Part shown: positions 31,137 through 40,323 of the stretch, in pieces
Layout: each line of letters opens with the position of its first letter
Position numbering within the stretch: the stretch's first letter is position 1
Assembly (NCBI GenBank): GCA_963835065.1
Contig: CAWIEK010000049.1
Coordinates: 640,001-704,000, forward strand
Length of the DNA: 64,000 nucleotides
Direction of reading: 5' to 3'
From: an uncultured Chthonomonadaceae bacterium
GTDB taxonomy: Bacteria > Armatimonadota > Chthonomonadetes > Chthonomonadales > Chthonomonadaceae
Notes under the pieces: model-generated
What the model was told of the DNA's origin: nothing
What the model saw: only the letters and a program-made list of their open reading frames with translations
The model's database searches: none
Program-made: the position numbers and the translations under genes

Positions 31137-31254
31137 AGGCATTAGGCATTAGGCATCAGGCATTAGGAACATACCCGCTCACCTTTGTTCTTGTGAAAGC
31201 ATTTAAGATGAAGAGGCATTTTCCTAATGCCTGATGCCTGATGCCTGATGCCTA
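31137..31254. repeat. Inverted heptamer-array hairpin element (AGGCATT)n
   Basis: Arms plus a core homologous to 31978-32110. Confidence 0.85.
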
Positions 31255-31365
31255 CCCTTGCCGCTGCTTGTGCTTGGGGTTGACGCAGATAACGCGCACA
31301 ACGCCTTCGCGCTTGATGACTTTGCACTTCTCGCAAATTTTCTTTACGGACGCGCGGACTTTCAT
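31252..31365 (-). CDS. rpmJ: 50S ribosomal protein L36
   Basis: Translated by hand: [37 protein letters not shown] (below the ORF-track length cutoff). Confidence 0.97.
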   Translation of the reverse strand: MKVRASVKKICEKCKVIKREGVVRVICVNPKHKQRQG

Positions 31366-31494
31366 AGTGTTCCTCCGTTCTGTCCTTACTTGTAAGTTTT
31401 ACGCCAACCAAATGTTACGGCGTAAAAATTGCCGTATCAGCAGACACAACATGCCCCGTCCGGCAAACCGAAGCGTTTCCAGACAGCGCGTTCT

Positions 31495-31524
31495 AGTATA
31501 CCCTATATTTTGCCTAAACGTGAA
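31495..31524 (-). promoter_or_regulatory. Candidate promoter for rpmJ-alpha operon
   Basis: TTCACG-18 bp-TATACT on the minus strand. Confidence 0.45.
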
Positions 31525-31581
31525 AACGCGGGAAGCAAAATTTGCCTCCCTATCAACTAAGAACTATCAACTATCAACTGC

Positions 31582-31965
31582 TCAGGCTTTGTAGCGATAG
31601 CGGATGCGTCCGCGCTCCAGATCGTAGGGCGAAAGTTCCACCAATACGCGATCTCCAGGCAGAATGCGAATGTAGTTTTGCCGCATCTTGCCGGAAACGT
31701 GCGCCAGCACAACCTTCTTTTGTTCGCCGACAGGAATTTCGACGCGGAACATCGCATTGGGCAGGGCTTCTACAATCAAGCCCTCTACCTCAATGCCGGG
31801 TTCCTTGCCGCTGTTGTCTTCAGCGGGAGCCTGCGGCTTGCGCGGCCCGCCGCCTCCGCCGCCACTGCCGCCGCGTGGTGGTCCGCCCGGCCCGCGTCGT
31901 TGTGGTCCGCTTCCGCCTGCGCCTCCTGGGCGCGGGGGTCCTCCCGGTCGTTTGGGTGGTGGCAT
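31582..31965 (-). CDS. infA: Translation initiation factor IF-1 with Pro/Gly/Arg-rich N-terminal extension
   Basis: [16 protein letters not shown]...[30 protein letters not shown]. Confidence 0.96.
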   Translation of the reverse strand: MPPPKRPGGPPRPGGAGGSGPQRRGPGGPPRGGSGGGGGGPRKPQAPAEDNSGKEPGIEVEGLIVEALPNAMFRVEIPVGEQKKVVLAHVSGKMRQNYIRILPGDRVLVELSPYDLERGRIRYRYKA

Positions 31966-31977
31966 TCAGTCTCCGTT

Positions 31978-32110
31978 TAGGCATCAGGCATTAGGCATCA
32001 GGCATTAGGCATTAGGAAGATACCCGACTACCTTTGTGCTTATAGAAGCATTCAAGATGAGGAGGCATTTTCCTAATGCCTAATGCCTGATGCCTGATGC
32101 CTGATGCCTA
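31978..32110. repeat. Inverted heptamer-array hairpin element (AGGCATY)n
   Basis: (aggcaty)5 ... (ratgcct)5; includes the map TAG stop. Confidence 0.85.
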
Positions 32111-32870
32111 TTCCTTCGTAAGAATTTGGACGCCACCATCCACGATGGCGACCGTGTGTTCGAAATGCGCGGACAGTTTGCCGTCCGCAGTCACGATGGT
32201 CCAGCCATCGTCATGGTACTTGATATCCTGCTTGCCGACATTGAGCATTGGTTCGATAGCGAACGTCATGCCGCAGCGCAGCAGATCGCCCCGTCCTCGC
32301 GCCCCATGATTGGGTACTTGCAGTTCTTCATGCAGTTCCGTGCCGACGCCATGCCCGGTCAGTTCGCGCACAACGGAAAACCCATGCGTTTCCGCGTACT
32401 TTTGCACGGCATAACCAATATCACCCGTGCGATTGCCGTTTCGCGCTTTTTCGATACCCTTGTAAAGCGCTTCTTCGGTTACTCTCAGCAATTTCTCAGC
32501 CTGCGGCGAGATTTTGCCGACGCCGAATGTCCACGCGCTGTCAGCCATCCAGCCTTCCAATTCAACGCCACAGTCAACCGTGACAATATCGCCTTCCTGC
32601 AATACGCGCCGCCCAGGAACGCCATGCACCACTTCTTCATTGACCGAAATGCACGTCCATGCGGGAAACGGAGGATGCCCGCCCGGCGCGTAACCCAAAA
32701 ACGGCGAGGTTCCGCCATGCTCGGAGATAATACGCGCCGCCATATCTTCCAGTTCGCCCGTTGTTATACCCGGAACAGCCGCTGCCCCCGTTGTCCTTCA
32801 AAACGCGGTTTACAACCCGTCCGGCAGCGCGCATTTTGGCAATCTGTTTTGGCGACTTCAAAGTGATCAT
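32108..32870 (-). CDS. map: Methionine aminopeptidase type I, apparent frameshift at ~32795
   Basis: MITLKS..I.KMRAAG start frame joins the CISVNEEVVHG, GHGVG..LHE, SAHFEHT frame by removing one base. Confidence 0.93.
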
Positions 32871-32943
32871 AATACTCTATCCAACAATCTTAAATTGAAC
32901 ACTGAACATTGTCAACTTCGTAAACCATCCCCAATTCTAAAGC

Positions 32944-32993
32944 CTCCCCTCTCCTGGCGCGTTGCGCGGCAAGGAGAGGGGCCGGGGGTGAGG
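32944..32993. repeat. REP-like palindrome CCCCTCTCC...GGAGAGGGG-CCGGGGGTGAGG
   Basis: Related to 20461-20501. Confidence 0.6.
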
Positions 32994-33002
32994 TCAAAAC
33001 CG

Positions 33003-33659
33003 CTATTTCCCCTGCTTGTTCAGAATAGCGACAACCGTACTGAACACGGTTTCCGGCGCGGCATCGGCGTCAATGGTGTACAGCATGTTGCGCTCACGAT
33101 AGTACGTTACTAAGGGCGCGGTCTTTTCCGCGTACACTTCCAGACGGCGCTGTACCACATCCGGGTCATCATCGGGCCTGCGTTCAAGGGGCGTACCGCA
33201 CAAATCGCACAATCCGGCAATTAGGGGCGGCTGCAATTCTACGTGATAGGTAGAGCCGTCGCGGGGACATACCCGCCGCCCGCTGAACCGTTTCACAATA
33301 TCTACAATGGGCGCTTCAAAATCCAACACGCAATTCAGCTTGCGCTCCTGCTCGGCCAGCATGGTTTCCAGAGATTCGGCCTGCGGAATGGTGCGCGGAA
33401 AGCCATCGAGCAAAAAGCCCTGCGCGCAATCCGGTTCCCCGGTTCGCGCCTTGACCGCCTGTATCACCACGTCGTCAGGGACATACTCGCCCTTCTCAAT
33501 CTTATACCGTTGAATCACGCGGCCTAGTTCCGTGCCACGCGCAACGGCGTCCCGAAACATGGCTCCCGTAGAAATGGTAGGCACACCGTAGTGGATCGAA
33601 ATTCGCCCACCCTGCGTCCCTTTGCCCACTCCCGGCGGTCCGAGCAGTATCACGATCAT
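33003..33659 (-). CDS. adk: Adenylate kinase
   Basis: GPPGVGKGTQ, GFLLDGFPRT..QA, LID with Cys. Confidence 0.97.
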   Translation of the reverse strand: MIVILLGPPGVGKGTQGGRISIHYGVPTISTGAMFRDAVARGTELGRVIQRYKIEKGEYVPDDVVIQAVKARTGEPDCAQGFLLDGFPRTIPQAESLETMLAEQERKLNCVLDFEAPIVDIVKRFSGRRVCPRDGSTYHVELQPPLIAGLCDLCGTPLERRPDDDPDVVQRRLEVYAEKTAPLVTYYRERNMLYTIDADAAPETVFSTVVAILNKQGK

Positions 33660-33680
33660 GCGCGTAAGCCCGCCGCTCGC

Positions 33681-33807
33681 AGAAGGAAAAAGGAAAAAGG
33701 AAAAAGGGAAAAGTCAGCCTGCATCAGACGTGTACCATTCTCGATGTGAACAAGGGCATAAGTTTGTTATCGCTCTTCATCCTTTTCCCTTTTCCCTTTT
33801 CCCTTTT
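33681..33807. repeat. Inverted heptamer-array hairpin element (GGAAAAR)n
   Basis: (ggaaaaa/g)n ... (cttttcc)n between secY and adk. Confidence 0.75.
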
Positions 33808-33811
33808 ACGA

Positions 33812-35122
33812 CTACTCCTCTGTCTTGGTCTTGATGAAGCCTTCGTAATTGCGCATCAGCAACTGCGCTTCGATGGCCTGCATGGTTTCAATCGCCACGC
33901 CCACGATAATCAGCAGCGACGTGCCGCCGACGAGGGTAACGCTTGTAAACTTGGTCGCGCTTGGAATAATGTACTGCGTCAGCGCGATCAGGGCGAGGAA
34001 CACCGCGCCCGCAAGCGTAATGCGCGAGATCACGCGATCCAGATATTCGTATGTCGGCGTTCCCGGACGGATGCCCGGAATGTAGTTGCCGTACTTCTTC
34101 AGGTTGTCCGCCATTTCCTGCACGTTCATCACAATGGCCGTGTAGAAATAGGTAAACACGATGACAAGCAGGGCGTACAGCGCCGTCGCGTACCAGGTCG
34201 CGCCCGGACTCAGGTTCTGCATCACCATTTTCAGCGAACCATAAAAGCCCGGCTCGCCCGCCTGCCCCGGCAGCAGATTGACCAGTGTGGCAGGGAACAG
34301 CATCAGCGAAATGGCAAAGATGATCGGGATAACGCCCGCCGAGTTCACTTTGATCGGCAGATACGACGTTCCCGCCTGTGTTTGCCGCATCCCGATAACC
34401 CGCTTGGTATGGTGAATGGGAATTCGCCGCGTACCCTGCGTCACGTAAACAACCGCCAGAACGGTCAAGAAGAACGCCGCGAACAGGAAGATCAGGTTGA
34501 ACCAGGGCACGGTATGGTTGGTAATCTGAGCAATCACCAGATTGGCCTGCCCGCGCAGACTGAGCAGAATACCCGCAAAAATCAGCAGCGAAATGCCGTT
34601 GCCGACACCCTTTTGCGTCACCTGCTCACCGAGCCACAGCAGGAAACTCGCGCCCGCTACCAGCGAAACCACGAGCATCAGCCGATCTCCCAGGGAGAAC
34701 GGGTGTCCCAAACGCGCAAACAGGAACGTCAGCCCGAACGCCTGCACGATTGCCAGGATCACGGTGATGTTGCGCGTGATTTTGGCGATTTGCTTGCGGC
34801 CCGACTCGCCTTCCTTTTGCATCGCGTCCAGCTGCGGAATAGCGATAGTCATCATCTGCATGATGATGGAACTGTTGATGTACGGCTGCAATCCCAAAGC
34901 GAAGACAGACATGCGCTTGAGCGCGCCGCCGGAAAAAACGTCAATCAATCCCAGCAGGTTGCCCGAGTTGGCTTGCAGCAGTTTCGCCAGTTTTTCCGGG
35001 TCGCGGATGCCGGGCGCGGGAATATGCGCTCCCAACGCGAACAGCGCCAACATTCCTAAAACGAACAGAATGCGCCGCTTCAGCTCCGGGATCGCCAGCG
35101 CCCGCTGCATTGCCTGTAACAT
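33812..35122 (-). CDS. secY: Preprotein translocase SecY
   Basis: SVFALGLQPYINSSII, GVGNGISLLIF, YIPGIRPG, GGTSLLI. Confidence 0.98.
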   Translation of the reverse strand: MLQAMQRALAIPELKRRILFVLGMLALFALGAHIPAPGIRDPEKLAKLLQANSGNLLGLIDVFSGGALKRMSVFALGLQPYINSSIIMQMMTIAIPQLDAMQKEGESGRKQIAKITRNITVILAIVQAFGLTFLFARLGHPFSLGDRLMLVVSLVAGASFLLWLGEQVTQKGVGNGISLLIFAGILLSLRGQANLVIAQITNHTVPWFNLIFLFAAFFLTVLAVVYVTQGTRRIPIHHTKRVIGMRQTQAGTSYLPIKVNSAGVIPIIFAISLMLFPATLVNLLPGQAGEPGFYGSLKMVMQNLSPGATWYATALYALLVIVFTYFYTAIVMNVQEMADNLKKYGNYIPGIRPGTPTYEYLDRVISRITLAGAVFLALIALTQYIIPSATKFTSVTLVGGTSLLIIVGVAIETMQAIEAQLLMRNYEGFIKTKTEE

Positions 35123-35126
35123 GGTC

Positions 35127-35591
35127 TTACTTTTTCCTCTCTGGTGCCAGCACGATTACTGTGCCGCCCGCCGCCGTCAGCTTTTCCTGCGCGGTTTCGC
35201 TGAACTTGTGCGCTCGCACGGTAAACTTCTTGGACACTTCGCCGTTGCCCAGGATTTTCAGGCCGTCGTGAATGTCGCGCAGAATGCCGCTTGCCAGCAA
35301 TGCTTCCGGCGTCACTTCCGCGCCCTCATCGAAGCGCTCCTGCAGGGTGTCAACGTTCACCAGCGCGTATATCTTTTTGTTGACGGGCTTGAACCCGCGC
35401 AACTGCGGCAAGCGGCGGTGCAGGGGTGTCTGCCCGCCTTCAAAGTTAGGGTTGATCTGTCCGCGCGCTTTGTTACCCTTGTGGCCGCGCGTGGAGGTTT
35501 TGCCGTGTCCCGATCCGATGCCGCGCCCGATGCGCTTGCGCCGGTGGGTGGAGCCGTCGGCAGGTTTCAGAGTATGCAATCCGATAGGCAT
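35127..35591 (-). CDS. rplO: 50S ribosomal protein L15
   Basis: RIGRGIGSGHGKTS.RG.KG, FEGGQTPL.RRLP. Confidence 0.98.
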   Translation of the reverse strand: MPIGLHTLKPADGSTHRRKRIGRGIGSGHGKTSTRGHKGNKARGQINPNFEGGQTPLHRRLPQLRGFKPVNKKIYALVNVDTLQERFDEGAEVTPEALLASGILRDIHDGLKILGNGEVSKKFTVRAHKFSETAQEKLTAAGGTVIVLAPERKK

Positions 35592-35642
35592 TGTAGGTTC
35601 CTATATAAAAACGAAGATGCCTGCGGATCGGCTTTAGGACGT

Positions 35643-35671
35643 ATTATACCTAAAACGAAGCCAATCCGCAA
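35643..35671 (-). promoter_or_regulatory. Candidate internal promoter for rplO-secY
   Basis: TTGCGG-17 bp-TATAAT on the minus strand. Confidence 0.5.
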
Positions 35672-35708
35672 ACAGTTTCAGAAAATAGTGGCTGGTGGCT
35701 AGTAGCTA

Positions 35709-35900
35709 CTACCCACCAACAACCTGTTCCACTTCCACCAGATGCTGGATTTTGTGGACCATGCCGCGAATTACGGCGTTGTCGTCCTGCTCCACTGTCT
35801 GGTTGATTTTCTTCAGGCCCAGGCCTTTGGCCGTTGCGCCCTGCGATTTGTCGTAGCCGATGGGGCTGCGCTTCAGCGTGATTTTCAGTTTAGCCGACAT
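35709..35900 (-). CDS. rpmD: 50S ribosomal protein L30
   Basis: [10 protein letters not shown]...LGLKK...IRGMV.K..HLV. Confidence 0.97.
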   Translation of the reverse strand: MSAKLKITLKRSPIGYDKSQGATAKGLGLKKINQTVEQDDNAVIRGMVHKIQHLVEVEQVVGG

Positions 35901-36429
35901 GCGTGTTGCCCTCCACTCTGCTCATCCAGGGCATCAGCGCTTCTACCGTCGTGGAACGCAGCCGCGCCACGTCTTCCACGCGCTTCAGCTTCTTCAGCGC
36001 GGACATGGTAGCCCAGCAAATGTTGGTCGCGTTGGACGAGCCGAGGGATTTGCCCAGCACGTCATGGACGCCCGCCAATTCCAGAATGGTACGCATGGAA
36101 CTGCCCGCCACAATGCCGGTTCCCGCCGAGGCCGGCTTGAGCATCACTTCCGCCGCCCCTTCGGACTCGAAAATCTCGTGCGGCAGCGTCCCGGCAATCA
36201 TCGGGATTTCGATGATGTTCTTTTTCGCCGCTTCCACGCCCTTACGGATGGCATCGGGGATCGCCCGCGCTTTGCCAAGCCCCGCGCCGACGTGTCCGTT
36301 ACGGTCGCCCACGATCACCAGGGCGCTCCAGCTCATGTTACGGCCACCCTTGGTGGTCTTCTGGCATTTGTTGGTGCGCACCACGCGCTCTTCCAACTCG
36401 CCCAATTTGTCAGGATTGATTCTCGCCAA
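35890..36429 (-). CDS. rpsE: 30S ribosomal protein S5
   Basis: [26 protein letters not shown]. Confidence 0.98.
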   Translation of the reverse strand: MARINPDKLGELEERVVRTNKCQKTTKGGRNMSWSALVIVGDRNGHVGAGLGKARAIPDAIRKGVEAAKKNIIEIPMIAGTLPHEIFESEGAAEVMLKPASAGTGIVAGSSMRTILELAGVHDVLGKSLGSSNATNICWATMSALKKLKRVEDVARLRSTTVEALMPWMSRVEGNTHVG

Positions 36430-36445
36430 TGGAAACTCCTTGAGG

Positions 36446-36570
36446 AGTAGTCAGTAGTCAGTAGTCAGTAGTCAGTAGAAAACCACTGTTCCTGCCCTGT
36501 GCTGTTATAATCAACAAAGGTAGCCAGTTGCATTTCTACTGACTACTGACTACTGACTACTGACTACTTA
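36446..36570. repeat. Inverted heptamer-array hairpin element (AGTAGTC)n
   Basis: Four-unit arms, core ending GCATTTCT; starts at the rplR TAA. Confidence 0.85.
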
Positions 36571-36933
36571 AAATTTCAGTCCGCCTTCGCGCGCGCTGTC
36601 GGCGAGCGCCTGGACGCGGCCATGATATTTGTAGCCGCCGCGATCAAAAACGACGGCGGTGACACCTTTTTCCTGCGCGCGCTCGGCGATCAGCTTGCCG
36701 ACGGCTTTAGCCGCTTCCACGTTGCCGCCGGTTTTCAGCGTACTGCGCAGGCCGGCATCCACCGTAGACGCGGTGGCAATGGTATGCCCCGCCACGTCGT
36801 CAATCAACTGCGCGTAGATATGCTGCAAACTGCGCGACACATTGAGGCGCGGACGTTCGGGAGTTCCGGTCACTTTATAGCGCAGGCGCTTGTGGCGCTT
36901 GCGCCGCAGCGCTTCCTTCTCATCAGGTTTCAT
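36568..36933 (-). CDS. rplR: 50S ribosomal protein L18
   Basis: [33 protein letters not shown]. Confidence 0.98.
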   Translation of the reverse strand: MKPDEKEALRRKRHKRLRYKVTGTPERPRLNVSRSLQHIYAQLIDDVAGHTIATASTVDAGLRSTLKTGGNVEAAKAVGKLIAERAQEKGVTAVVFDRGGYKYHGRVQALADSAREGGLKF

Positions 36934-36986
36934 AATGGTTGTGTTTTCCTCTGGCGCTGGATTTCCGACCCAACGCTCGGCAGAGT

Positions 36987-37101
36987 CATTAGGCATTAGG
37001 CATTAGGCATTAGGAAAAACGCCTGCCAATCACTATGCTTTCATAAGCATGTAGACAAGAACGGAAGTTCCTAATGCCTAATGCCTAATGCCTAATGCCT
37101 A
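36987..37101. repeat. Inverted heptamer-array hairpin element (AGGCATT)n
   Basis: Core in opposite orientation to the 31137 and 31978 copies; includes the rplF TAG. Confidence 0.85.
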
Positions 37102-37674
37102 CTTCTTACCCTTACCGCCCTTGCCGCTGGCCTTGCCTTGCTTGCGGCGCACGGCTTCGCCTTTGTAGCGGATGCCTTTGCCCTTGTAGGGTTCGGGCTT
37201 GCGCAGTTTGCGGATTTCGGCAGCCGTTTGGCCGACGCGCTCTTTGTCAATGCCCGTGATGGTGATGACCGGGTTACGGGATTGCGGGTCGTTGGCGACG
37301 GTGAACGCGATGCCTTCGCGGGGCAGCACTTCAATGGAATGGGAAAAGCCGACGTTGAGCGTCAGGGTTTGCCCGTTGACGGCGGCGCGGAAGCCGACGC
37401 CCTGCACTTCCAACTGGCGCGTATAGCCCGTCGTCACGCCTTCGATCATGTTGGCGACGAGGGTGCGGGTCAGGCCGTGCAGCGCGCGATGCTCTTTGCC
37501 GTCCGTAGGCCGCTCAACGTGCAGGGTGCTGTCTTCCTGCCGCAGCGTGATATCGGGACTGAACTGGCGCGTCAGCGTTCCCTTCGGACCTTTGATGGTC
37601 ACAGTCCCATCTTCGCTCGGCGTAATCGCCACGCCTGCCGGCACGGGAATGGGGCGTTTTCCAATACGAGACAT
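37099..37674 (-). CDS. rplF: 50S ribosomal protein L6
   Basis: MSRIGK.PI, KGPKG.L, PEPYKGKGIRY. Confidence 0.98.
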   Translation of the reverse strand: MSRIGKRPIPVPAGVAITPSEDGTVTIKGPKGTLTRQFSPDITLRQEDSTLHVERPTDGKEHRALHGLTRTLVANMIEGVTTGYTRQLEVQGVGFRAAVNGQTLTLNVGFSHSIEVLPREGIAFTVANDPQSRNPVITITGIDKERVGQTAAEIRKLRKPEPYKGKGIRYKGEAVRRKQGKASGKGGKGKK

Positions 37675-37687
37675 GGATGAACTCCAA

Positions 37688-37808
37688 GTAGTCAGTAGTC
37701 AGTAGTCAGTAGTCAGTAGAACACTGCTGTTCGCGCTTCCTGCCGTAAGTGACAGCAAAGACTTTCCGTTGCATTTCTACTGACTACTGACTACTGACTA
37801 CTGACTAC
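37688..37808. repeat. Inverted heptamer-array hairpin element (AGTAGTC)n
   Basis: Four-unit arms, core ending GCATTTCT. Confidence 0.85.
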
Positions 37809-37811
37809 CTC

Positions 37812-38213
37812 CTAATACACATAGCAAAGAATTTCGCCGCCGACGCCGCGCTTGCGGGCTTCGCGGTCGGTCATCACGCCCTGCGACGTGGATAGGACGG
37901 CAATGCCCAGGCCGCGCAGAACGCGGGGCACGTTGTCCTTGTTGCAGTACACGCGCAGGCCGGGCTTGCTGATGCGCTTCAGTTGGGTAATCACCTTTTC
38001 GCGCTTGGAGCCGTACTTGAGCGTGATTTTAATCTTGTCCTGGGGAGCCTGCTTGATCACGTCGTAACCCTTGAGGAAGCCTTCGGCGACCAGGATTTTG
38101 ACGATTTCGATCTTCAAATTGGAAGAGGAAATTTCCAGCGAATCGTGGTTGGCGCGATTCGAGTTGCGGATACGGGTCAGCAAGTCGGCGACAGGATCGG
38201 TTGTATAAGCCAT
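37812..38213 (-). CDS. rpsH: 30S ribosomal protein S8
   Basis: DPVADLLTRIRN, RISKPGLRVY, GGEILCYV. Confidence 0.98.
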   Translation of the reverse strand: MAYTTDPVADLLTRIRNSNRANHDSLEISSSNLKIEIVKILVAEGFLKGYDVIKQAPQDKIKITLKYGSKREKVITQLKRISKPGLRVYCNKDNVPRVLRGLGIAVLSTSQGVMTDREARKRGVGGEILCYVY

Positions 38214-38233
38214 TTAGAGAACTCTCCTTTCCT

Positions 38234-38419
38234 TTACCAGCTCGACTTGGTGACGCCCGGAATCAGTCCTTTGTGCGACATTTCCCGGAAACAGATGCGG
38301 CACAATCCAAAGCGGCGGAACACGCCGCGCGAGCGTCCGCAGACGTTGCAGCGTGTATAAGCGCGCACCGCGAACTTGGGCTTGCGCTTGCACTTTTCAA
38401 TCAAGGCTTGTTTTGCCAA
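38234..38419 (-). CDS. rpsN: 30S ribosomal protein S14 type Z (61 aa, Zn ribbon)
   Basis: GAAGGAG RBS, TTG start; RC.VCGR.R...[11 protein letters not shown]...IPGVTKSSW. Confidence 0.97.
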   Translation of the reverse strand: MAKQALIEKCKRKPKFAVRAYTRCNVCGRSRGVFRRFGLCRICFREMSHKGLIPGVTKSSW

Positions 38420-38446
38420 TACGACACTCCTTCGATGTCTTGAAGG

Positions 38447-38570
38447 AGTAGTCAGTAGCCAGTAGTCAGTAGTCAGTAGAAAACCCATTCCTTCAAGCCA
38501 CTACTGCTATGCAAAGCGTCGAGCAGGCAGGCATTTCTACTGACTACTGACTACTGGCTACTGACTACTT
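38447..38570. repeat. Inverted heptamer-array hairpin element (AGTAGTC)n upstream of rpsN
   Basis: Arms plus core ending GGCATTTCT. Confidence 0.85.
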
Positions 38571-38647
38571 CCTCAGCCAAGAATTTGCAGGTCGAAAAAC
38601 GATCCTGCGCCGCGCTCCTTCTTGTGGTTCGCGACCGTGTTCGGTTT

Positions 38648-38684
38648 CTTTCAATCCTCATCCGGTCTTGCAGCCGGATGCAAC
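38648..38684 (-). CRISPR. Solitary 37-nt CRISPR-like repeat, different family from the array
   Basis: GTTGCATCCGGCTGCAAGACCGGATGAGGATTGAAAG: GTT start, 7-bp stem CATCCGG/CCGGATG, ATTGAAA(G) 3' handle. Confidence 0.7.
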
Positions 38685-38744
38685 GGGTTCAGGCCGTCTC
38701 ACGACGTTGCGCCACATTGCGGAGACGGCAAAAAGGGCACAGCC

Positions 38745-38774
38745 ATTGTAAGAGGCCGATGAAGTATACCACAA
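38745..38774 (-). promoter_or_regulatory. Candidate promoter(s) reading toward the solitary repeat and rpsN
   Basis: TTGTGG-18 bp-TACAAT and an overlapping extended -10 TGGTATACT. Confidence 0.45.
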
Positions 38775-38923
38775 TTCGTAGGTCTATGGATAGAGTAATC
38801 ATAATTTCCTCTCGCGTCATACTCCGCAGGTTCTTTCTATGGCGGGCGGCAAGCGCTAAATCAGGCAGGAAACAGGCGGCCTCATAAGGAAAACGGCGCA
38901 ACCTTACCCACGACAGGACGCCC

Positions 38924-39756
38924 ATGCCCAACGCTTTTTTGCTCACGCTCCGCCGCCTGAATGACGCGCCCCTGCCTGCCAACACAGGGGATGTGGTTCA
39001 CGCCGCCTTTTACGACCTGCTGGCGCGCTGCGATGCCGGCCTGACCGAACGCCTGCATGACGCCAACGTCCGCAAGCCGTTCCCGCCTGCCTATGCTGCC
39101 GACCCGCCACCCCACCCAAGCCCAACCCGAATTCCTCAATCCAAAATCGAAAATCGAAAATCGAAAATCCAGACTGTGCCCTGCGCATCACTCTGCTGGA
39201 CGAAGAATTGTTCGCGCCGTTTGTGGACGGCTTGCTGCGGCAGGCCGGGACTGCGCCGCTGCGCCTGGGAAGCGCGCGGTACGCGCTCGACACGCTGCTT
39301 ACCACGTCCGCCCTCCACCCCGCAGCCGGCAGCGCCTCCTTCGCCGATTTGTGGACAGAAACGCCGCCCGCCGACGCGCTTCCCCTGAGTTTTGTCACGC
39401 CCACCGCGTTCCGTTCCCATGACCGCGATGTTTGCTGGCCCGATTCGCGCCTGTTGTGGCAATCCTGGGCGCGCGCCTGGAACGCCCATGCTCCCCCTGC
39501 CGTTCCGCAGATTGCCGAAGACCTTTTGCTTGCAGCGGCAGATCGCATCCGCCTGGGCGCGTATCATCTCCAAACCCGCAAAGCGCGCCTGCAAGGCGTG
39601 GCGCAAACCGGATTTATCGGGGAGTGCCGATTTGAACTGGGCGATCTGACGGACGCGGAGCGTCACATTGCCCGTGTGCTGGCCGAGTTCGCCTTCTACG
39701 CCGGAACCGGCCGCAAAACGGGCATGGGGATGGGGCAAACGCGGGTGAGGGGTTAG
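38924..39756 (+). pseudogene. cas6: CRISPR-associated endoribonuclease Cas6, frameshift near 39080
   Basis: N-terminal HAAFY.L....L...LHD...KPF; C-terminal F.TPT.F, GFIG.C, FAFYAGTGRKTGMGMGQ glycine loop in another frame. Confidence 0.88.
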
Positions 39757-39831
39757 GGTTCAGGTTTCAGGTTTCAGGTTTCAGGGGTGATGCTTGTTTG
39801 CTATGAACTTTGACAGGGAACGGGGAAAGGC

Positions 39832-40210
39832 ATGATTATTGTGAATTTTGCGCATCCGCTGACGGTGGAACAGCGCGCGGAGGTGGAACGGCAAAGCGGG
39901 CAGGCGGTGGAGCGCGTGATTGACGTGAAAACGCAGTTCGACGCGGCGCAGCCCTATGCAGAGCAGGCGCAAATGCTGCCGGAAGCGACCGGCCTGACAA
40001 CGGAGGAGTGGCAAACGCTGCCCCTGCTGGTCAGCCTGCCGAGTTTCAACGCGATTGCCGCGCTGCTGCTGGCGGAACTGCACGGGCGCTGTGGCTATTT
40101 CCCCGCCATCCTCCGGCGCGCCCGTTCCCAACGCGCTTCCGCCCCGCTTTGAAGTGGCGGAAATCATCAGCCTGCAAACCGTCCGTGACAAGTCTCGGGA
40201 ACAGCGATGA
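39832..40210 (+). pseudogene. csx15: CRISPR-associated Csx15 (Rossmann-like, putative cOA ring nuclease/binder), frameshift near 40117
   Basis: MIIVNFAHPLT...AELHGRCGYFPAIL; the expected RPVPNALPPRFEVAEIISLQ tail is in another frame. Confidence 0.75.
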
Positions 40211-40323
40211 AAACCAATATACTACATTTTGTGAATATATGTTACAATAGGTTCACAAACAAACGAGGAATAGCCGAACAGGAAGGCAACAAGCCCAATC
40301 TTGAGTTCTTATAGGAGTAACAA

